Assembly: GCA_003568775.1 (NCBI GenBank)
Contig: MWMI01000004.1
Coordinates: 1-32,000, forward strand
Direction of reading: 5' to 3'
Length of the DNA stretch: 32,000 nucleotides
Source: Candidatus Nanoclepta minutus
GTDB taxonomy: Archaea > Nanobdellota > Nanobdellia > Nanobdellales > Nanobdellaceae
Shown here: positions 25,615 to 32,000 of the stretch, in pieces
Position numbering within the stretch: the first letter of the stretch is position 1
Layout: each line of letters opens with the position of its first letter
Program-made: the position numbers and the translations under genes
The notes under the pieces: model-generated
What the model saw: the letters and a program-made list of their open reading frames with translations, nothing else
What the model was told of the DNA's origin: nothing
Databases searched by the model: none

Positions 25615-26706
25615 TTAGAAAATAAAGTCTATACCTAGCTCCTTATTCTTAACAACTTTTCCTTCAACAACTTCCTCTTTCCATCTCGATAATACATATG
25701 GGCTTCTAACACCAGATACAATGATAGTTGCTCTTAACTTTCCTTTCATTGAGTCCGATACTCTTGCTCCAGTAATTGTCAATGCGTCTTCACCTAAATA
25801 CTTCTGTACATATTGAGCTACAGAGTTTACTTCCTCTAAAGTTAGTTCAGGTCCTCCATCTACATGAATCAAAGCTCCACTTGCTCCTGTATAATCCACA
25901 TCTAATAAAGGTAGCTCCATGGCCCTCTTTGCAGCAGTCTCAGCCCTATTCTCAGATTGATCGGATACACCTATACCTACTATAGATGCTCCACCTCCAA
26001 CAGATAAAACCGTTCTAACATCCGCGAAATCTAAGTTAATGTAGGATGGTGTAGCTATTGTTTCGACTATTCCCTTTATCATATGACCAATTATGTTGTT
26101 TGCAAATCCAAAAGCCTGTTGTAATGGTAAACTACCTGCATACTGCAGTATCTTATTATTATCAATTAGTATTACATTATCGCAATATTTTCTCAACTCC
26201 ATTAATCCCATCTCTGCCTTTTCCATTCTTACCTTTCCTTCTGAGGCGAATGGGAGAGTAGCTACAGATATAACCAGCGGTACTCCTATCTCCTTTGCTA
26301 CTTTTGCCACTATTGGGGCTGCTCCAGTTCCTGTACCTCCACCCAATCCCAACAATATCCAGAGCATATCTGTACCTTCTAGAAGCTTCCTTATATCTGC
26401 TTGAGATGATTTAGCAGCATCTACACCAACTGCAGGATTACCACCAGCACCTAAACCTCTTGTAACATCCTTTCCTAATAAAACCTTCTTATGAGCTTTT
26501 ACCATCTTTAAATGAGCATAATCAGTATTTGCAGCAATTATCTCCGCACCTTTAATGTCCATTTTATACAACCACTCTGCCATGTTACTACCAGCACCAC
26601 CTACACCTACAACTCGGATGGATGGTAGAAGCTTAAACTCCTCTCCGGGCTCCAATCCTATTATCTCTTCCTCTACTTTAATAGATGGTGATATAACCTC
26701 AACCAT
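25615..26706 (-). CDS. ftsZ: cell division protein FtsZ
   Basis: VVGVGGAGSNMAEW and GLGGGTGTGAAPIVAKVAKE (tubulin signature GGGTGTG), plus the NLDFADVRTV T7-loop region. Confidence 0.93.
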   Translation of the reverse strand: MVEVISPSIKVEEEIIGLEPGEEFKLLPSIRVVGVGGAGSNMAEWLYKMDIKGAEIIAANTDYAHLKMVKAHKKVLLGKDVTRGLGAGGNPAVGVDAAKSSQADIRKLLEGTDMLWILLGLGGGTGTGAAPIVAKVAKEIGVPLVISVATLPFASEGKVRMEKAEMGLMELRKYCDNVILIDNNKILQYAGSLPLQQAFGFANNIIGHMIKGIVETIATPSYINLDFADVRTVLSVGGGASIVGIGVSDQSENRAETAAKRAMELPLLDVDYTGASGALIHVDGGPELTLEEVNSVAQYVQKYLGEDALTITGARVSDSMKGKLRATIIVSGVRSPYVLSRWKEEVVEGKVVKNKELGIDFIF

Positions 26707-26933
26707 ATGTAAATTGTAGATACCATGATATTAAAAATATATTTTTGCTAATTAAAATAAAAAATTACTAATATTTTTGGTCGTAATTAAAATTTTTATT
26801 AGGAATTAACATAAGATAAGTTAGCTAAATCTATTTTTGAATAAAATTAACAATTTTTAACGGGATTGTTAAAGAACATTAATACGACATTTCATGTAAT
26901 TTTTATAAATTTTTTCTAATATTAATTACTACT

Positions 26934-27227
26934 ATGAAATCAAACAATGTTGCTACCTATATGTTAGTACCATTATTGCTCTGGATAGTTAGCATGGGCG
27001 TATTGACCCAGGAATTAATTAAAGAAGTAATAAAAATAAATAAAGGTTTACTAGCCTATGCAGATTGTTCAAATGAAATAATGAATAGCGCTTTTTTAGG
27101 AGAATTCAAAAGTTTCTCAGAATGTTACGCTAATAAAATTAATTTAACTACCTTTGAATGTAAACAAGAAAATAATACAATAGTTTGTAATGTAAATAGT
27201 GAAACTTATACTTTCTACATCAATTAA
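26934..27227 (+). CDS. small membrane-anchored or secreted Cys-containing protein, unknown
   Basis: 97 aa. N-terminal hydrophobic helix (YMLVPLLLWIVSMGVL) and four Cys in the C-terminal part. No family recognised. Confidence 0.35.
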   Translation: MKSNNVATYMLVPLLLWIVSMGVLTQELIKEVIKINKGLLAYADCSNEIMNSAFLGEFKSFSECYANKINLTTFECKQENNTIVCNVNSETYTFYIN

Positions 27228-27231
27228 ATAT

Positions 27232-27561
27232 TTAATAAACTGAGGCTCCCTTATCTATTTCTTTTTTTGGATCAGGAATTATAAGGGATAGCTTTCCTTC
27301 CTTTTCAGCAGCTAGAAGCATTCCCTGAGACTCTACTCCTCTTATATTCCTTGGTTTTAAGTTCGTAACAACTACAATTTTTTTACCTAGTAAATCTTCC
27401 TTAGAATAATATTCCCTTATTCCAGCAACTATTTGCCTTTTTTCGTTTCCAAAGTCCACGGTAAGTACATAGAGCTTGTCTGCATTGGGATGATCCTTAA
27501 CCTCTACAATTTCTCCAACTCTTAGCTCAATTTTCTTAAACTCTTCTATATCGATTACCAT
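27232..27561 (-). CDS. stand-alone tRNA-binding domain protein (Trbp111/CsaA/MetRS C-terminal-like OB fold)
   Basis: FKKIELRVGEIVEVKDHPNADKLYVLTVDFGNEKRQIVAGI...GVESQGMLLAAE is the canonical tRNA_bind domain. Confidence 0.8.
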   Translation of the reverse strand: MVIDIEEFKKIELRVGEIVEVKDHPNADKLYVLTVDFGNEKRQIVAGIREYYSKEDLLGKKIVVVTNLKPRNIRGVESQGMLLAAEKEGKLSLIIPDPKKEIDKGASVY

Positions 27562-27610
27562 AATATATATTTTTCATAAAATTCTTTAATTGTTATTTAC
27601 TTATCCTTTA

Positions 27611-28552
27611 ATGGAAAGGGTAAAGGATATTAAGGTTAACTCTTCCCTAACGATTAGGGATCTTTTAATGGAATTTAAGAACATTGGAGGATTCCAAGCA
27701 CAGGAGATATACAGAGGATACGAAATACTCAAAGAAATGTTTGAGGATAAAGAAACTATAAAAGTTTTGAGCTTTCCTGCAGATATCATAGCTACAGGAA
27801 TTAGAGGAGTAATAAAAGATGTTATAAAGAATAGACTATTTGATATTGTTATAACAACCTGCGGAACACTGGATCATGATATTGCAAGGTTAGAAAAAGA
27901 CTACTATATAGGGTACTTCGATACAGATGACTTCTACTTAAGAGAAAAAGGGATAATGAGATTAGGAAACATATTCATACCAATAGAAAACTATGGCCCA
28001 ACGATAGAAACCTTCTTAAAAGATAGATTAAAGGAAATATATGAAAAAATGAAAAAAGAAGGAAAAAATAGTATAAGTACTTATGAATTTATATGGAAAA
28101 TCGGAGAAACATTAGAAAATCACCCGAGAAAGGAAGAAAGCATTATTTATTGGAGTTATAAAAATAAGATCCCAATGATTATACCTGGTATTACCGATGG
28201 AGCCGTAGGTACTCAGATCCTCTTCTTTATGTATGAAAATCAGGATTTTAACGTAAGCGTATGGGAGGATGAAAAACTTTTGGTTAAAAGATTCTTTGGA
28301 GATAAAAAAGTTGGTGCATTAATCCTGGGAGGAGGTATATCTAAGCACCATACTATATGGTGGGCCCAGTTCTCGGGAGGATTAGAATATGCTGTATATA
28401 TATCCTCATCGGTTGAACAAGATGGAAGCTTATCCGGAGCAAAAACTAAAGAGGCAATTACTTGGGGAAAAATAAAAAAGACTGCAAAGCATGTAAATAT
28501 ATGGGGTGATATCACAATAATATTTCCTATAATTATATCACCTTTCCTTTAG
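27611..28552 (+). CDS. dys: deoxyhypusine synthase
   Basis: ILGGGISKHH (GGG.xKHH) and the catalytic-lysine motif KEAITWGKIK (compare EAVSWGK). The track start at 27590 is TTG; the ATG at 27611 is preferred but uncertain. Confidence 0.85.
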   Translation: MERVKDIKVNSSLTIRDLLMEFKNIGGFQAQEIYRGYEILKEMFEDKETIKVLSFPADIIATGIRGVIKDVIKNRLFDIVITTCGTLDHDIARLEKDYYIGYFDTDDFYLREKGIMRLGNIFIPIENYGPTIETFLKDRLKEIYEKMKKEGKNSISTYEFIWKIGETLENHPRKEESIIYWSYKNKIPMIIPGITDGAVGTQILFFMYENQDFNVSVWEDEKLLVKRFFGDKKVGALILGGGISKHHTIWWAQFSGGLEYAVYISSSVEQDGSLSGAKTKEAITWGKIKKTAKHVNIWGDITIIFPIIISPFL

Positions 28553-28601
28553 TCAGATTACCCTCTTATCATCACTTTTCAGATGACCTCAACATCATCA
28601 T
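28553..28601 (-). ncRNA. C/D box sRNA (2'-O-methylation guide)
   Basis: Minus strand reads ATGATGA(C)-TGTTGAGGTCAT(12)-CTGA(D')-AAA-GTGATGA(C')-TAAGAGGGTAAT(12)-CTGA(D). It starts 9 nt after the GTPase stop codon on the same strand. Confidence 0.8.
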
Positions 28602-28610
28602 AAATAGATA

Positions 28611-29345
28611 TTATAACCAATAACCTTTAATTTTTCCCCTTATCCAATCGCTAATAATCCTCCTGGCAACTACATCCATCCAATTCTTCTGCTTTATGTT
28701 AAATTTATCTCTCAATTTATAGAAAAGATCCTCTATATCTTTAAAATCTTCTAAATTATATGCTTCTAATACAGCCTCCTTCTGTATTTTATTCAAAAGA
28801 AAGGTGGCATCTCTAATAGGATTCTTTGCTTTAGAAGGTTCTAAAGATCCTAATAGAACCATTATTTCTTCTCTCTTAGGAAAGACTATCCCGGGTGTAT
28901 CATAAAGGTATATCTTCCTAGACAACCTAACTATTTGTGTACCTTTAGTAAAGCCAGGGATTGGAGAGACCCCAACCTTCCTCTTACCAACTAAAACGTT
29001 TATTATAGAAGACTTTCCTGTATTAGGGTATCCTATTATAGAAACATAATTTCTTTCTTTCTCTTTGTTTATATTATCCTTTATTACTTCCCTTAACCTT
29101 CTACTACCTTTCCTTGTTTTACATGATATATATACTGTAGGAAAATCCTCTTCAAATTCCTCTTTAACCATCAAAAGAAAATCTTCAGGAACCAGATCTG
29201 CCTTATTTATAGCAATTATCAATTTTTTATCTAGTTTTTTAATATATTTTTCTAAGTTAAATATTCTACTATCTTTAGGAAATCTTGCATCAACAACTTC
29301 TATTATAACATCGGAATTTTTTATTAAAGATCTAATTTTGTTCAT
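28611..29345 (-). CDS. circularly permuted GTPase (YlqF/RbgA/MJ1464-like ribosome-biogenesis GTPase)
   Basis: Motif order is G4 (AINKADLV), then G1 (GYPNTGKSS), then G3 (YDTPG), the permuted order typical of this family. Confidence 0.8.
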   Translation of the reverse strand: MNKIRSLIKNSDVIIEVVDARFPKDSRIFNLEKYIKKLDKKLIIAINKADLVPEDFLLMVKEEFEEDFPTVYISCKTRKGSRRLREVIKDNINKEKERNYVSIIGYPNTGKSSIINVLVGKRKVGVSPIPGFTKGTQIVRLSRKIYLYDTPGIVFPKREEIMVLLGSLEPSKAKNPIRDATFLLNKIQKEAVLEAYNLEDFKDIEDLFYKLRDKFNIKQKNWMDVVARRIISDWIRGKIKGYWL

Positions 29346-29460
29346 TAGATAATATTCTAATATAAAATCTATAAAAAAATCTTAACTTTTAAACTTTGGA
29401 AAGCGAAAAAAGAAATATACTTTCAGAAAGATTTATAAATAAATATTTATAATATTATAT

Positions 29461-29658
29461 ATGGCAAGAAAAAGAGGAAAAACTCTAAAGGAGACTATAT
29501 TAGAGATTTTATCTCAGCCAAGAACATTAGAAGAAGTAATAAAGGCTGTTAAAAACAAGAAACCTAGAACTAAAGTTAGAGTAATAAAAGCATTGCTATC
29601 TAAATTAAAGAAAGCTGGAAAAATTGCAGAAGAAGGAGGAAAACTTAAAGCTAAATAA
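29461..29658 (+). CDS. small basic protein, probably a winged-helix nucleic-acid binder
   Basis: 65 aa and very Lys/Arg-rich. ILEILSQPRTLEEVIKAV...VIKALLSKLKKAGKI shows a wHTH-like helix pattern. A TATA-like box lies ~30 nt upstream. Confidence 0.4.
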   Translation: MARKRGKTLKETILEILSQPRTLEEVIKAVKNKKPRTKVRVIKALLSKLKKAGKIAEEGGKLKAK

Positions 29659-29668
29659 TCTGTCTTTA

Positions 29669-29707
29669 TTTTTTCATCATCGTTGTTCAGAAGAACCGAT
29701 GTTCTTC
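29669..29707 (+). terminator. oligo-T tract (T6) followed by a 7-bp hairpin GAAGAAC-CGAT-GTTCTTC
   Basis: T6 at 29669..29674 begins 11 nt after the stop codon; archaeal termination typically uses oligo-T. A perfect inverted repeat lies at 29690..29707. The role of the hairpin is unknown. Confidence 0.35.
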
Positions 29708-29765
29708 ATTTAACTGATAATAATTTATATAAAATTCATTATTAAAAATAATTAGAATCTTATAT

Positions 29766-29837
29766 GGGCCCGTAGTCTAGCGGTAGGACGCCGGCCTTGC
29801 AAGCCGGAGATCCCGGGTTCGAATCCCGGCGGGTCCA
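29766..29837 (+). tRNA. tRNA-Ala (anticodon UGC)
   Basis: Acceptor GGGCCCG/CGGGTCC with the G3:U70 alanine identity pair, anticodon loop CUUGCAA, T arm CCGGG-TTCGAAT-CCCGG. No encoded CCA. Confidence 0.95.
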
Positions 29838-29903
29838 TAAACTTCCAAACTAAAGAACTTAAATATAAGTTAAAAAGTTTAAAGTTAATTCAAGAAAAAT
29901 ACT

Positions 29904-29974
29904 GCGCCGGTCGTCTAGTGGTAGGATGCGGGCCTTCCAAGCCCGCGACCCGGGTTCGAATCCCGGCCGGCGCA
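29904..29974 (+). tRNA. tRNA-Gly (anticodon UCC)
   Basis: Acceptor GCGCCGG/CCGGCGC, anticodon stem CGGGC/GCCCG, loop CUUCCAA, T arm CCGGG-TTCGAAT-CCCGG. No encoded CCA. Confidence 0.95.
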
Positions 29975-30132
29975 CATTTATTACAAAATAAAAGAACAAA
30001 AAAGTTTGAGTATGCTATCTAAATCTCTTTTTTCATCATCAAAAGATGAGATATAGTATATAGATTTTCTATCCAAATCCATCAAAAGATACTTTCTAGC
30101 TTCTTCATATCTCCCTTCTCTTATCAACCTCC

Positions 30133-30558
30133 TTATCTCTCTAGAGGAAAAATATTTGTTTTTTCATAATAGACCTTCACATCAAAATTGTTATAGGCAA
30201 TTACTCTAAAAAGGCTAAAGATCAAGTATCTTGTAATATCTCTCGTATATATTATGTATTCCTTATCTCCTATACTCTCTAATAATTGAACGAACTTCCC
30301 TATAAAACTCCTTTCAGCCATGTTTATAGGATATATTATATAACTCTTCCTTTCAAGATAAGTAGAAAGTATTTTATCTATATATTTTACTCTTATTTCT
30401 ATAGGAATAGGATGCTTCGAAGATAAGATCTCTCCTCGTCTTTTATAATATATAGGAATTATAACGATTCTAGAAAAGTCCTTATAGGACTCTACTATTC
30501 TATAAAAATGTCCTTTATGAAATGGCTGAAACTTCCCTATTAAAATTAGAGTTGTCAT
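30133..30558 (-). CDS. nicotinamide-nucleotide adenylyltransferase-like (archaeal NMNAT family), apparently truncated by a frameshift
   Basis: IGKFQPFHKGH matches the archaeal NMNAT (G)RFQPFHKGH motif. The expected C-terminal SxxEIRR motif (SSREIRRLIREG) is present but in another frame, downstream at 29981..30148. Confidence 0.7.
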   Translation of the reverse strand: MTTLILIGKFQPFHKGHFYRIVESYKDFSRIVIIPIYYKRRGEILSSKHPIPIEIRVKYIDKILSTYLERKSYIIYPINMAERSFIGKFVQLLESIGDKEYIIYTRDITRYLIFSLFRVIAYNNFDVKVYYEKTNIFPLER

Positions 30559-30613
30559 ATCTAATTAGTAGATACAAATTTTAATATATTAACTCCAAAA
30601 CAATCAATAATAA

Positions 30614-31912
30614 ATGGATATTATTATAGGAAGAAGTGTTGGTGATATCGAAAAGTTTGGAAAAGAGGGAACTATTTTCATCGGTAAGGAATACGTAAAA
30701 ATGGAAAACGTTATGTCTCTAGCAAACGATATATATTTAGATGTTAATTTTCCTCATATAATACTCATAGCCGGAAAAAGAGGACAAGGTAAATCCTATA
30801 CCTTAGCATCAATTATCGAAAGTATATCACTATTAGAAGAAGATCTATTGAAGAATATAGTAAACGTAGTATTCGATACGATGGGTATTTTCTGGACTAT
30901 GAAATTCCCAAACTATAGAGATGCTGAACTTTTGGAGGAATGGGGTTTAAAGGCAAAGAGCTTAGAAAACGTTAAAGTTTACGTACCAGAGGGTGCAATA
31001 GAAAAATATAGAGAACTCGAAATACCTATAGATGGGACTTTTACCTTAAATCCCTCAGACTTAACAGAAATTGAATGGGTAATTACCTTTGGAATAAAAC
31101 CTAACTCTCTTTTGGGAATATATTTACAAAAAATAATAAGAGAAATTAAGAGAAGAGAGGGTAACTTTTCTATTGATGATATCATATCATATATAGAAAG
31201 GAAAAAATTGGATATAAAGATAAAAGAATCCTTAATAAATTATTTTGAAAATGCTAATAGCTGGGGAATCTTTTCTTCAAAATCTCCAACTTTAAAAAAC
31301 ATCCTAACACCCGGAAAAGTCATAATATTAGATCTATCTCTATATACGACAGTATTAGGTGGATGGTCCGTTAAGAATCTAGCAATAGGACTAATTTCAA
31401 AGAAGATATTCTATGAGAGGATGCTATGGAGGAAGAGGGAAGAACTAGAAGAAGCCCATCTAGGTCTGAGTATTAGGGAAAGGGAGCTCCCACTAATTTG
31501 GATATATATAGATGAGGCCCATGAGGCAATACCGAAAGATAGCGTTACACCGGCTACCGAACCATTATTACAGATAATAAGGGAAGGAAGACAACCTGGG
31601 ATATCTCTAGTCCTAGCAACACAGCAACCTGGAAAGTTGGTTGAAGATTCTCTATCACAGGCGGATATAATAATTTCACACAGAGTTACTGCAAAGAAAG
31701 ATCTAGAAGCATTAAATGAGATTATGAAAAACTTTTCGATTCAGGATATTGAAATATATATGAATGAAAACCTCCCAAAAAGAAAAGGTGCAGCTTTAAT
31801 CTTAGATGACAAATCAGAAAAGATATATCCCGTACAAATAAAACCTAGGATCTCCTGGCATGGTGGACAAGATGCTATGTTGATCAGAAAGAGAACATGG
31901 TTAGAGGTATAA
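30614..31912 (+). CDS. HerA/FtsK-superfamily (DUF87-type) ATPase
   Basis: Walker A IAGKRGQGKSYTL, Walker B IWIYIDEAHEAIP, LVLATQQPGKL and IISHRVTAKKD, with a beta-barrel-like N-terminal region. No NurA-like partner is in view. Confidence 0.75.
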   Translation: MDIIIGRSVGDIEKFGKEGTIFIGKEYVKMENVMSLANDIYLDVNFPHIILIAGKRGQGKSYTLASIIESISLLEEDLLKNIVNVVFDTMGIFWTMKFPNYRDAELLEEWGLKAKSLENVKVYVPEGAIEKYRELEIPIDGTFTLNPSDLTEIEWVITFGIKPNSLLGIYLQKIIREIKRREGNFSIDDIISYIERKKLDIKIKESLINYFENANSWGIFSSKSPTLKNILTPGKVIILDLSLYTTVLGGWSVKNLAIGLISKKIFYERMLWRKREELEEAHLGLSIRERELPLIWIYIDEAHEAIPKDSVTPATEPLLQIIREGRQPGISLVLATQQPGKLVEDSLSQADIIISHRVTAKKDLEALNEIMKNFSIQDIEIYMNENLPKRKGAALILDDKSEKIYPVQIKPRISWHGGQDAMLIRKRTWLEV

Positions 31913-32000
31913 CAAAGGAGGTTGAGGCTTTAATTGCAATTGTTATATTCACACTCTTTATTATTTTCTATTTTAATATGGTTAATATAGGAATTGTAAA
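31897..32000 (+). CDS. partial ORF (5' end only): small hydrophobic protein, possibly with a class III (pilin-like) signal peptide
   Basis: The ATG at 31897 overlaps the ATPase 3' end by 16 nt. It reads MVRGITKEVEALIAIVIFTLFIIFYFNMVNIGIV...: a short basic N-terminus, R-G, then a long hydrophobic helix. Truncated by the window end. Confidence 0.3.
   Translation, partial: MVRGITKEVEALIAIVIFTLFIIFYFNMVNIGIV

Noticed and set aside
26707-26933. 227-nt ftsZ upstream spacer with TAATTAAAAT x2 and short inverted repeats (AACAAT...ATTGTT)
   Set aside because: The repeats are short and low-complexity and could arise by chance in ~85% AT sequence. There are no box motifs or GC-rich structured core to support an ncRNA, so I treat it as divergent promoters.
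29669-29681. 13-mer TTTTTTCATCATC, repeated at 30028..30040; on the minus strand it reads GATGATGAAAAAA, resembling a C box
   Set aside because: Twelve nt downstream of each putative C box lies AGAT, not CTGA, and there is no C'/D' pair. The second copy lies within the out-of-frame NMNAT C-terminal coding region (..FDDEKR..). A 13-mer repeat in AT-rich DNA is within chance expectation.
1-32000. Searched the whole window for CRISPR arrays, transposases, integrases, toxin-antitoxin pairs and split tRNA halves
   Set aside because: No regularly spaced direct repeats, no recombinase-like ORFs, and no isolated GC-rich tRNA-half-like islands outside the three complete tRNA genes.

Overview
Compact, very AT-rich (roughly 30% GC by eye) archaeal chromosome segment. 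Coding is nearly wall-to-wall: many 4-nt ATGA stop/start overlaps, and convergent genes that abut or overlap. The three tRNA genes are strikingly GC-rich and a reverse gyrase gene is present, so the source is a hyperthermophile. The stand-alone reverse-gyrase topoisomerase subunit, extreme compaction and several split or half-size genes point to a Nanoarchaeota-like (DPANN) genome; this assignment is inference, not proof. Gene content is mostly housekeeping: ProRS; a MacB/FtsX-type ABC module with an AbrB regulator and a multi-domain surface protein; a KaiC-like ATPase; ADP-forming acetyl-CoA synthetase alpha in two ORFs; Taw1/TYW1; PEP synthase; a GT4 glycosyltransferase; L7Ae; a TRAM protein; aEF-1beta; DNA ligase; FtsZ; deoxyhypusine synthase; a circularly permuted GTPase; an NMNAT-like gene; and a HerA/FtsK-like ATPase. 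Reading the gaps by hand adds features absent from the ORF track: two textbook C/D box sRNAs (one written inside the last 18 codons of a CDS), ribosomal protein L39e (53 aa), a 57-aa Zn-ribbon gene upstream of aEF-1beta, and a partial membrane ORF at the right edge. I found no CRISPR array, integrase, transposase or obvious mobile element. I did not find a convincing multi-gene novel system. The best leads are the dual-use CDS/sRNA locus, a ~110-aa insertion in the ProRS catalytic core, the split reverse gyrase and split ACD alpha, a frameshifted NMNAT gene, and a HerA-like ATPase followed by a possible pilin-like ORF that is cut off by the window end. All family assignments rest on motif recognition and recalled homolog sequences, not on searches.
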